Assembly (NCBI GenBank): GCA_963843975.1
Contig: CAWJMG010000001.1
Coordinates: forward strand, 660,001 to 692,000
Direction of reading: 5' to 3'
Length of the DNA: 32,000 bases
Source of the DNA: an uncultured Actinomycetes bacterium
GTDB taxonomy: Bacteria; Actinomycetota; Actinomycetes; S36-B12; CAIYMF01
Of the stretch, positions 1 through 6,991 are shown piece by piece; position 1 is the stretch's first letter, and each line of letters begins with the position of its first letter. The position numbers were made by a program, and so were the translations under genes. A model generated the notes under the pieces. It saw only the letters and a list, made by a program, of their open reading frames with translations, was not told where the DNA came from and ran no database searches.

Positions 1-400
1 CGAGGGCGAGCGGCGCGAGGGCCGCGAGCAGCGGGACGACCTTGGCCGCGCCGAGGGCGAGCACCACCGTGAGGAGGCCGAGGAGGACGAACAGGGTGCG
101 ACGGCGGCGGGTGGCGGCCTTGGCCGCGGGGCTCTGCTCGGCGCGCGGGCCGGTGACGACGACCTGCGTCTCGCGCACCTGGCTCGAGCGGCCCGGCATG
201 AGCACCTCGCGCTGGGAGGCGTCGGTCTCGCCGCGCGAGCGGCGCAGCGTGCCCATCGCGCGGGCGAAGCGGTCGGCCGACTTGGACTCGCGGGCCTCGT
301 CGTGCTGCTTCAGCCACATCGGGACCAGGACGAGAGCCCACATGCCGGCGATGACCAGATAGATCCACGACCCACCTAGGACGCCGGATCCGCTCTGCAC
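1..400 (-). CDS. Integral membrane protein, 5' part only (gene runs off the left edge of the window); occupies the Rv0996/GlpR-type position downstream of rimJ
   Basis: Absent from the ORF track because there is no stop in the window. Hand translation of the reverse strand from GTG 400..398 gives VQSGSGVLGGSWIYLVIAGMWALVLVPMWLKQHDEARESKSADRFARAMGTLRRSRGETDASQREVLMPGRSSQVRETQVVVTGPRAEQSPAAKAATRRRRTLFVLLGLLTVVLALGAAKVVPLLAALAPLAL. It has two hydrophobic helices around a charged linker and very high GC3. The overlapping + ORF 42..362 is Arg-rich shadow. Start codon is uncertain (no SD). Confidence 0.55.
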   Translation of the reverse strand, partial: MQSGSGVLGGSWIYLVIAGMWALVLVPMWLKQHDEARESKSADRFARAMGTLRRSRGETDASQREVLMPGRSSQVRETQVVVTGPRAEQSPAAKAATRRRRTLFVLLGLLTVVLALGAAKVVPLLAALAPLAL

Positions 401-511
401 GAAGTCGAGGCTACGGTCACGGCACGGTAACCCCGTGGATCACACGCGTCACTGACAGTGCGTGTCGCGGACACCGGTGACCGGTGAGCGACGAGGGCCC
501 CACGAAGCGGC

Positions 512-1111
512 TCAGGCGAAGCCGTGCGATGCCTTCCAGCGCACGAGAAGTCCCTCGGGCACCTCGTCGTTGGTCAGCGCGAACGACAGGTGGTCGCGCC
601 AGTCGCCGTCGATGTGGAGGTACGCCGGACGCAGCCCCTCGGGCCGGAATCCGAGCTTCTCCACCACCCGGCGCGAGGCGACGTTCTCCGGCCGGATGTT
701 GATCTCGACGCGGTGCAGCCCGATCGCGAAGCCGTGGTCGGTGGCCATCGCGACAGCCGTGGGGATGATCCCCCGGCCCGCGACGCGCTGATCGACCCAG
801 TAGCCGATGTGAGCGCCGCGCAGCGACCCCCACGCGATCCCGCCGACGGTGAGCTGCCCGACCAGGCGGCCGCCGAACTCGACGACGAACGGCATCGAGC
901 GGCCCTGCCGCGCCTCGGTCTGCAGCCGGCGCACCATCGCGCCGTACGTCGGGGCCTGCTCGGTGACCGGATCGGGGCTCGTGGCCTCCCACGGGCGCAG
1001 CCAGTCGGCGTTGCGGGCGCGGACCTCGCGCCACTCGCGGTTGTCGCGCAGGCGCAGCGGGCGCAGCACGACGTCGCCGTCCCGGAGGACGACCGGCCAG
1101 CCGGCGGTCAT
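512..1111 (-). CDS. rimJ: GNAT family N-acetyltransferase, RimJ/RimL-like
   Basis: 199-aa ORF (MTAGWPVVLRDGDVVLRPLRLRDNREW...VAGRGIIPTAVAMATDHGF...) typical of RimJ-type acetyltransferases. Its ATG (1111..1109) overlaps the mog stop (ATGA). Its position after moeA matches the conserved actinobacterial synteny. Confidence 0.8.
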   Translation of the reverse strand: MTAGWPVVLRDGDVVLRPLRLRDNREWREVRARNADWLRPWEATSPDPVTEQAPTYGAMVRRLQTEARQGRSMPFVVEFGGRLVGQLTVGGIAWGSLRGAHIGYWVDQRVAGRGIIPTAVAMATDHGFAIGLHRVEINIRPENVASRRVVEKLGFRPEGLRPAYLHIDGDWRDHLSFALTNDEVPEGLLVRWKASHGFA

Positions 1112-1602
1112 GACGGGCCGACGTCCGACCGAGGGTGGTCGCCACCCCTGATCTGCTCCACCGCGTGCACGAGAAGCTCGGACAGCACGGCCATGCCGTC
1201 CTTCACGCCGCCCTTGGACCCCGGAAGGTTGACGATCAGCGTCTCGCCGGCGAGGCCCGCACGTCCGCGCGAGAGCGCAGCCGTCGGCACCCCCTTGGCC
1301 ATGCCCGCCGCGCGGATGGCCTCGGCGATCCCGGGCGCCTCGCGGGTGATGACGCGCGCGGTGTGCTCGGGCGTGACGTCGTTGGGCGTGAGGCCGGTGC
1401 CGCCGGTGGTGAGGACCACGTCGAAGCCGTCGTGCACAGCGCCGAGCAGCACGCTCTCGATCTCGGGGCCGTCGGGCACGACCGTGGGGCCGGCGACGTC
1501 GAAACCGAGCGCCTCGAGACCGGAGACCAGCACCGGGCCGGAGACGTCGTCGTAGACGCCGTGGGCGGCACGGGTGGAGATGGTGACGACGAGGGCGCGC
1601 AT
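1108..1602 (-). CDS. mog: MogA/MoaB family molybdenum cofactor biosynthesis protein
   Basis: 164-aa ORF with the MoaB/Mog core ...DVVLTTGGTGLTPNDVTPE...LSRGRAGLAGETLIVNLPGSKGGVKD... Start overlaps the moaC stop (TGATG). Confidence 0.88.
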   Translation of the reverse strand: MRALVVTISTRAAHGVYDDVSGPVLVSGLEALGFDVAGPTVVPDGPEIESVLLGAVHDGFDVVLTTGGTGLTPNDVTPEHTARVITREAPGIAEAIRAAGMAKGVPTAALSRGRAGLAGETLIVNLPGSKGGVKDGMAVLSELLVHAVEQIRGGDHPRSDVGPS

Positions 1603-2093
1603 CAGGCCTCGAGCGGCTCTCGCTGCCAGAGGCCGGTCTTGCCCCCGCGCTTCTCCTCGACCCGGATGTCGGTGATCGCGGCCGACGGGTCGAGCGCCTT
1701 CACCATGTCGACGAGGGCGAGCGCCGCGACCGAGACGCAGGTGAGCGCCTCCATCTCGACGCCGGTGCGGTCAGCCGTGCGCACCTCGGCGCGGATGGCG
1801 ACGTGGTCGTCGTGCACGTCGAGGTCGACGACGACGCCGTGGATCGCGATGGGGTGGCACAGCGGCACGAGGTCGGGCGTGCGCTTGGCCGCCTGGATCC
1901 CCGCAATGCGCGCTACGCCGAGCGCGTCGCCCTTGGGCACGGTGCTGTCGCGCAATGCGCGCACGACGTCGTCGGACACGTAGACGCGACCGGTCGCGAC
2001 GGCCGAGCGGACGCTGATGTCTTTGCCGCTGACGTCGACCATGCGTGCGGCGCCGGTCTCGTCGACGTGGGTGAGCCCGTGGTCGGCGGTCAT
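1602..2093 (-). CDS. moaC: Cyclic pyranopterin monophosphate synthase MoaC
   Basis: 163-aa ORF: LTHVDETGAARMVDVSGKDISVRSAVATGRV...IAGIQAAKRTPDLVPLCHPIAI...TGVEMEALTCVSVAALALVDMVKA, the canonical MoaC pattern. It lies 1 nt after the moeA stop. Confidence 0.92.
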   Translation of the reverse strand: MTADHGLTHVDETGAARMVDVSGKDISVRSAVATGRVYVSDDVVRALRDSTVPKGDALGVARIAGIQAAKRTPDLVPLCHPIAIHGVVVDLDVHDDHVAIRAEVRTADRTGVEMEALTCVSVAALALVDMVKALDPSAAITDIRVEEKRGGKTGLWQREPLEA

Positions 2094-2094
2094 C

Positions 2095-3312
2095 TCAGAC
2101 CTCGTCCAGGCGCAGGACGGCGAGCGCGGTGCCGGGCTTGACCTCGGTCACGTCCTCGGGCACGACGACGAGGCAGTTGGCCTGCGCCATCGCGCCGAGC
2201 ATGTGCGAGCCCTGACCGCCGGCCGGGCGGACGACGTACCGGCCCTCCTCGACCGCGAGGTGACCGCGAGCGAACTGACGCTTGCCCTGAGGCGACATGA
2301 GCGTCTCGGTGAGCACCGCGCGGACGACGGGCCGGTAGATGCGCTGGTGGCCGAGCATGCGGCGCAGCACCGGGCGGACGAACACCTCGAACGAGACGTA
2401 CGCCGACACCGGGTTGCCCGGCAGCGTGAAGATCGGGGTCTGCTCGGGGCCGAGGAAGCCGTGACCCTGCGGCATGCCGGGCTGCATCGCGACCTTGTTG
2501 AACTCGACCGTGCCGAGGCGTGAGAGCACCGCCTTGACGGTGTCGTAGGCACCGGCGCTGACGCCGCCGGTGGTCACGATCATGTCGGCGCGCACGAGCT
2601 GGTCCTCGAGCGTGGAGAGCAGCGTGGGTGCGTCGTCGGGCACCGGGCCGACGCGGTAGGCGATCGCACCCGCCTCCTGGATGGCGGCGGCGATCGTGTA
2701 GCCGTTCGAGTCGGTGATGAGGCCCGGCTGCAGCGGAGTGCCCGGCTCGACCAGCTCGCTGCCCGTCGAGAGCACCACGACGCGCGGCGCGGGGTGCACC
2801 GAGACCCGGCCGCGGCCGACCGCGGCGAGCAGCGCGATCTCGCGCGGACCGAGCACCGTGCCGGACGTCGCGACGACGTCGCCGAGCGAGACGTCGTCGC
2901 CACGCGAGCGCACGTGGGCGCCGAACGTGACGTCGCGCATGATCGTGACCTCGGGCATGCCGGCGTCGGTCCACTCGACCGGGATGACCGCCTCGGCACC
3001 CTCGGGCATCGGGGCGCCGGTCATGATCCGGATCGCGGTGCCCTCGGTGACCGGAACGCTCGCGCGGTAGCCCGCAGGGACGTCGTCGACGACGCGCAGC
3101 ACGACCGGCTTGCCGTCGCTCGCAGCCTTCACGTCCTCGACGCGGACGGCGTAGCCGTCCATCGCGGAGTTGTCGAAGGGCGGCAGCGGCCACGGCGCGG
3201 TGACGTCCTCGGCGAGCACGCAGCCGCGCGCGTCGAGCAGGGTGTGGTCCAACGGGGACAGGGGCACGACCCCTGCCAGGACCCGCTGGAGATGCTCTTC
3301 TACGCTGCGCAC
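2095..3312 (-). CDS. moeA: Molybdopterin molybdotransferase MoeA (gephyrin-like; Glp-type position in actinobacterial synteny)
   Basis: 405-aa ORF, GTG start. MRSVEEHLQRVLAGVVPL...PPFDNSAMDGYAVR...VLSTGSELVEPG...IVTTGGVSAGAYD...FNKVAMQPGMPQGHG...FTLPGNPVSAYVSFEVFVRP matches all MoeA domains. Confidence 0.92.
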   Translation of the reverse strand: MRSVEEHLQRVLAGVVPLSPLDHTLLDARGCVLAEDVTAPWPLPPFDNSAMDGYAVRVEDVKAASDGKPVVLRVVDDVPAGYRASVPVTEGTAIRIMTGAPMPEGAEAVIPVEWTDAGMPEVTIMRDVTFGAHVRSRGDDVSLGDVVATSGTVLGPREIALLAAVGRGRVSVHPAPRVVVLSTGSELVEPGTPLQPGLITDSNGYTIAAAIQEAGAIAYRVGPVPDDAPTLLSTLEDQLVRADMIVTTGGVSAGAYDTVKAVLSRLGTVEFNKVAMQPGMPQGHGFLGPEQTPIFTLPGNPVSAYVSFEVFVRPVLRRMLGHQRIYRPVVRAVLTETLMSPQGKRQFARGHLAVEEGRYVVRPAGGQGSHMLGAMAQANCLVVVPEDVTEVKPGTALAVLRLDEV

Positions 3313-3348
3313 CCCCCGACCCTACGGCGCAGAGGGGATCATGACCTC

Positions 3349-4047
3349 GTGACGCTGCCGGGAGACCCCGCCTCGACCTCGCCGACCGACTCCGTGACCT
3401 CGCCCGCGACCGGGCCGTCCGGGCCCGACGCCGGATCCAAGGCGCAGGTACGACGGGTGCTGCGTGCGTCCCGGTCGGCTCGGACTCCGGACGAGCGCGC
3501 GGCGGTCGCGTCCGCCCTCGCCGTCCGCGTGGGCACGGTGCCCGAGGTAGCAGCTCTCGTCGCCGCCGGCGGAGGCGTTGTGGCGGCGTACGCGTCGCTC
3601 GGCGACGAGCCGGGCACCGGTCCGCTGCGCGAGCTGCTCGCGCTGTCGGGCATCCGCGTGCTGCTGCCGGTGATCCGCGACGACGGCGGCCTCGACTGGG
3701 GCTGGGACTCCGACGACCTCGTGCCCCGCGACCACCGCCTCGCGATCCCTGAGCCCGCGGTCGACCCCGCCCTCGGCCACGGCGCCGCCGGGCTCGCAGC
3801 TGCGGGCTGCGCGGTGCTTCTGGTCCCGGCCCTCGGCATCGGCATCGACGGATACCGGCTCGGCCAGGGCGGCGGCTACTACGACCGGCTGCTGGCGCAG
3901 GTGCCGGCGTACGCCGACGGCGGGCCGCTGCGCGTGGCCGTCGTCCACGACGACGAGCTGCTCGACACCGTGCCGCACGAGCCCCACGACCAGCCCGTCG
4001 ACGCCGTCCTCACCCCGACCACCTACCGCCGCAGCTTCCGCGACTAG
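3349..4047 (+). CDS. 5-formyltetrahydrofolate cyclo-ligase (MTHFS family)
   Basis: C-terminal 232 aa of track ORF 2794..4047. The upstream part of that ORF overlaps moeA antisense and is shadow. Sequence: SKAQVRRVLRASRSARTPDERAAVA...AAYASLGDEPGT...LLVPALGIGIDGYRLGQGGGYYDRLL...VHDDELLDTVPHEPHDQPVDAVLTP. Start taken at the first in-frame GTG after moeA (3349); GTG near 3394 is an alternative. Confidence 0.8.
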   Translation: MTLPGDPASTSPTDSVTSPATGPSGPDAGSKAQVRRVLRASRSARTPDERAAVASALAVRVGTVPEVAALVAAGGGVVAAYASLGDEPGTGPLRELLALSGIRVLLPVIRDDGGLDWGWDSDDLVPRDHRLAIPEPAVDPALGHGAAGLAAAGCAVLLVPALGIGIDGYRLGQGGGYYDRLLAQVPAYADGGPLRVAVVHDDELLDTVPHEPHDQPVDAVLTPTTYRRSFRD

Positions 4048-4173
4048 CAGCGAAGCAGCAGCGGCCGAGGCCTGGGCGAGCCGCCCCCCACCCGGTTTCA
4101 GGCATGGCCCGCCTGGCGGGGGTCACCGCTCCGGGCGTGGGCGTGTGGCCGTCTGCTGCGGCTTCTTGCTGCT
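4046..4173. other. Candidate structured element (multi-stem) immediately after the FTHFCL stop; strand undetermined
   Basis: Hand-folded. The closing helix 4046-4066 (agcagcgaagcagcagcggcc) pairs with 4147-4173 (ggccgtctgctgcggcttcttgctgct) for 21 bp with three small 3'-side bulges. Inner stem 4087-4095/4131-4141 has 9 bp with a 2-nt bulge. Two hairpins lie inside: 4099-4103/4111-4115 and 4116-4119/4126-4129. No G-U pairs are used, so either strand could fold. Confidence 0.3.
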
Positions 4174-4248
4174 GACGACAAACCCCAGGTGCGCCCTGCC
4201 CCATGCGCCCTCTGCCGAGAAGCGCCGTTCTTGCTCACCCTCTGCAGG

Positions 4249-4439
4249 GTGGATCCGGCAGCATGGCTGGTGGCCGAGGAGCACCGGGACGACAACGGAC
4301 GAGCCTGGATCGCGTGGATCGACGACGGCTACTCGGCCTCGCTCCAGGGGGGCTCGCCGATCCCACCATCCACGAGTCGGGCATCGACGGCGTGAGCCTG
4401 GGCGAGGCGCTGGGGAACGGGCTTCCGCCGGCACCTTGA
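4249..4439 (+). pseudogene. Small ORF / gene remnant of unknown function interrupted at a G6 run
   Basis: Frame 1 from GTG 4249 reads VDPAAWLVAEEHRDDNGRAWIAWIDDGYSASLQGG. After the G6 run (4347-4352) the protein-like reading continues one frame back: LADPTIHESGIDGVSLGEALGNGLPPAP, stop 4437-4439. Both halves have high GC3 and normal composition; each continuation in its own frame is Pro/Ser/Arg junk. There is no SD before 4249 and I do not recognise a family. Confidence 0.3.
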
Positions 4440-4447
4440 CCGGGGCA

Positions 4448-4462
4448 CTTGCATTTTGCAAG
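4448..4462. promoter_or_regulatory. Perfect inverted repeat CTTGCA-ttt-TGCAAG just upstream of the VOC-hxlR pair (candidate HxlR operator)
   Basis: CTTGCA 4448-4453 and TGCAAG 4457-4462, preceded by TTGACC (4436-4441). It lies 2 nt upstream of the first ATG of the VOC gene. Confidence 0.35.
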
Positions 4463-4463
4463 C

Positions 4464-4877
4464 ATGGCGCCCATGAGCCTCTTCATCACCTGCCCGGTCG
4501 AGAGCGTCGAGCGCGCGACCGCCTTCTACACCGCCCTCGGCTGGACCCTCAACGCCGAGATGTCCGACCACAACGTGTCGTGCTTCGCGATCGCGCCGGA
4601 GCAGTACGTCATGCTCGGCAGCCGGGAGATGTACGCGAGTGTTGGCGGCACCGAGGAACTCATCGGCGGACCCGGCACCCCGTCGAAGGTGACCGTCTCG
4701 TTCGACCTCGACAGCCGCGAGGCGGTCGACGACCTTGTCGAGCGCGCCAGCGCCGCCGGCGGACGGGTGGGCGACACCGACGACTACCCCTTCATGTACC
4801 AGCGTCAGTTCGACGACCCCGACGGCTACCACTACTCACCGTTCTGGATGAAGCCGAACGCCGATCAGACCGAGTGA
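4464..4877 (+). CDS. VOC (glyoxalase/bleomycin-resistance fold) family protein, COG3607-like
   Basis: MAPMSLFITCPVESVERATAFYTALGWTLNAEMSDHNVSCFAIAPEQYVMLGS...SFDLDSREAVDDLVERASAAGG...DYPFMYQRQFDDPDGYHYSPFWM matches the predicted-lactoylglutathione-lyase-type VOC proteins. The track ORF starts at TTG 4449; ATG 4464 or 4473 is more likely. Confidence 0.8.
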   Translation: MAPMSLFITCPVESVERATAFYTALGWTLNAEMSDHNVSCFAIAPEQYVMLGSREMYASVGGTEELIGGPGTPSKVTVSFDLDSREAVDDLVERASAAGGRVGDTDDYPFMYQRQFDDPDGYHYSPFWMKPNADQTE

Positions 4878-5155
4878 ACGACCTCGCCGCGGCGCTCGAC
4901 GTCGTCGGAAGCCGGTGGGCCCTGCTCATCGTGGAGCGGCTGCTGGAAGGGCCGCAGCGCTACGGCGACCTGCAGCGTGACCTCGGAGCGCCGACGAACA
5001 TGCTCGCCATCCGCCTGCGCGAGCTTGAGGGCGCCGGCGTGCTCTACCGGCTGCCCCTCCGGCACAACACGCGCGCCTATGCGCTGACCGATCGAGGGCT
5101 CGCCCTGCGAGAAGCGATCGTCGCCCTCGGACGCTGGGGTGCCAAGGAGACCTAG
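4874..5155 (+). CDS. HxlR family winged-helix transcriptional regulator
   Basis: Last 93 aa of track ORF 4145..5155: VNDLAAALDVVGSRWALLIVERLLEGPQRYGDLQRDLGAPTNMLAIRLRELEGAGVLYRLPL...YALTDRGLAL, the classic HxlR signature. GTG 4874 overlaps the VOC stop (GTGA). Confidence 0.85.
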   Translation: MNDLAAALDVVGSRWALLIVERLLEGPQRYGDLQRDLGAPTNMLAIRLRELEGAGVLYRLPLRHNTRAYALTDRGLALREAIVALGRWGAKET

Positions 5156-5198
5156 CCCGATCAGGCGCTGGTGCTCCCGAGGGGGTCGTCGCGGTCAA

Positions 5199-5242
5199 GC
5201 GGTAGTCGAAACGCACGCTATACACCGCGTTTCGACTACCGC
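5199..5242. terminator. Bidirectional stem-loop between convergent hxlR and MFS genes
   Basis: Perfect 16-bp inverted repeat GCGGTAGTCGAAACGC (5199-5214) / GCGTTTCGACTACCGC (5227-5242) with a 12-nt loop. Confidence 0.6.
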
Positions 5243-5250
5243 TGCGCGGA

Positions 5251-6927
5251 TCAGGTGCGGACGCCGCGGGAGGCGTCGCGGGCGAGGTGGCCCTCGGCGA
5301 CCTCGAGCGCGATGGCCTGGCCGTCGGCACTGCCGGTCACGGCGGCGAGGAAGTCCTCGGCCTGGATGCGCAGCAGCCGCACCGGCGTGAGCGCCGTGAC
5401 GGTGGCCGTGCGCGGCACGTCCTGCAGCAGCGCGATCTCGCCGAACCATCCCGGCGCCGTGAGCTCCGACGTCGTCGCGGCGCCGCCGACCGACACCGAC
5501 AGCGTGCCGTCGTCCACGACGAAGAAGTCGCGACCGGGCTCGCCCTCGGTGACCACGACCGTGCCCTCGGGCACCTCGCGCCAGGTGACGTTCTTCGCGA
5601 GACGCTCGAGCTCGTACGGCGGAAGCACACCGAGGAACGGCACCGAGCGCAGCAGCTCCATCTCGGCCGGGCGGTAGACCGCGCGCGCGTCGAGCTGGCG
5701 GATGAAGGCCGCGCACACGAACGCCGTCACCACGATGCCGAGGCCGAGCGGCAGGAAGGCACCGCGCGCCGAGATCAGCGCGACCAGCACAGGGGCGAGC
5801 GCAGAGCCGAGCGCGAGGCCGAGCAGCGACGTGCTCTCCTGGACGGCGAACACGCGCGCGATGACCGAGTCGTCGGTCGATCGCTGAAGCAGGGTGCGGC
5901 CGGCGACCATCAGCAGCTGGCCGGCGAGACCGCCGATCGCCAGCACGGCCATGGCCGGCGGCAGCAGCGAGAAGAGCGCGACCGCCGCGAGGCCCGCACC
6001 GAGAAGAACGCCGCTCACGAGGATCACCGGGGTCAGCTCGCGGCGCCGCACGAACGACGCGGCGATCGCCGCACCGACGAACGCGCCGATGCCCGCCGCA
6101 CCGATGAGCAGGCCGGAGCCCGAGTGGCCGAGGCCGAGCACGTCCTCGGAGTACGCGACGCCGAGCACGTCCATCGCGCCGATGAAGACGAAGAACGTCG
6201 TCAGCACGACCATCAGCGCGATCGCGCCGCGGTCGCCGCGCAGCGCGGCGAAGCCCCCGAACGCCTCGCGCAGCGGGCTCTCGCCCTCGTCGCCGTGATG
6301 CGCCGGCGCGGCCGACGCGAGGCCCAGCCGCAGCACGAGCACCGTGCTGACCGCTGCTGCCACCGTGCAGGCCGCGACGACCGACCACGTTCCGTAGGCC
6401 TGCGTGCCGATGCCCGCCAGGATCGGGCCGGCGAAGAGCGCGAGCCCCTCGGCCATCGACGACAGCGAGATCGACGAGACCAGGTCGTCCGGGCCGACGG
6501 CGAGCGAGGGCAGCACGGCGTAGTGCAGCGGCCGCGCGACCGCGATCGCGGTGACCGACGTACCGGCCGCGAGGGTGACGACCCAGATGCTGCTCTCGGC
6601 CGCGAGCGCCGCGAGGGTCCAGGCGACCGTGGCCGTGACACCGAGATACGCGAGGGCGAGCGCGCGACCGCGGGGAAGTCGCTCGGCGAGCCCCGCGAGC
6701 ATCGGGGCGAGGACTGCGGAGGGCACGAGCTGCGCGACGGCGACGACACCCGCGAGCACCGCGCCGCCCTCGGCGAAGGCGTACAGGATGATCGCGATCC
6801 ACATCGCCATCTCGACGAGGCAGAAGAGCGCGTACGCGACGAGGACGCGTCGTACTCCCGTGCGCGCCTGCACCGCGCGCAAGGTCACCGGCAGCGCCAC
6901 GTCGACCCCATGCCCCTCTCGTCCCAC
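5251..6927 (-). CDS. MFS transporter fused to a C-terminal cyclic-nucleotide-binding (cNMP/CAP-type) domain
   Basis: 558-aa ORF. The N-terminal ~410 aa are multi-TM (VLVAYALFCLVEMAMWIAIILYAFAEGG...). The C-terminal ~135 aa (about 5254-5660) read LLRSVPFLGVLPPYELERLAKNVTWREVPEGTVVVTEGEPGRDFFVVDDGTLSV...GWFGEIALLQDVPRTATVTALTPVRLLRIQAEDF, a textbook cNMP-binding beta-barrel. GTG start at 6927 lacks an SD; an internal GTG about 9 codons in is possible. Confidence 0.85.
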   Translation of the reverse strand: MGREGHGVDVALPVTLRAVQARTGVRRVLVAYALFCLVEMAMWIAIILYAFAEGGAVLAGVVAVAQLVPSAVLAPMLAGLAERLPRGRALALAYLGVTATVAWTLAALAAESSIWVVTLAAGTSVTAIAVARPLHYAVLPSLAVGPDDLVSSISLSSMAEGLALFAGPILAGIGTQAYGTWSVVAACTVAAAVSTVLVLRLGLASAAPAHHGDEGESPLREAFGGFAALRGDRGAIALMVVLTTFFVFIGAMDVLGVAYSEDVLGLGHSGSGLLIGAAGIGAFVGAAIAASFVRRRELTPVILVSGVLLGAGLAAVALFSLLPPAMAVLAIGGLAGQLLMVAGRTLLQRSTDDSVIARVFAVQESTSLLGLALGSALAPVLVALISARGAFLPLGLGIVVTAFVCAAFIRQLDARAVYRPAEMELLRSVPFLGVLPPYELERLAKNVTWREVPEGTVVVTEGEPGRDFFVVDDGTLSVSVGGAATTSELTAPGWFGEIALLQDVPRTATVTALTPVRLLRIQAEDFLAAVTGSADGQAIALEVAEGHLARDASRGVRT

Positions 6928-6991
6928 CAGGTTGCAGGAAGAGTAGGGCCCAGCGGTTACCGCTGCGTGTCCGCCCGGGAGACCGAGCCTC

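Noticed and set aside
42-362. 106-aa + strand track ORF at the left edge.
   Set aside because: It is an Arg-rich shadow of the minus-strand membrane-protein gene, which has the TM helices and the codon bias.
417-511. Imperfect palindrome CACACGCGTCACTGACAGTGCGTGTC between the rimJ-like stop and the next gene, as a possible attenuator or operator.
   Set aside because: It is short and imperfect, and the hairpin would have a 1-nt loop at its centre. Nothing distinguishes it from chance in GC-rich sequence.
4081-4122. C-rich run (CCGCCCCCCACCC) suggesting the actinobacterial 6C RNA.
   Set aside because: 6C RNA has two hairpins, each with a C-rich loop on the same strand. Here there is one C run on each strand, and they are mostly base-paired in the best fold.
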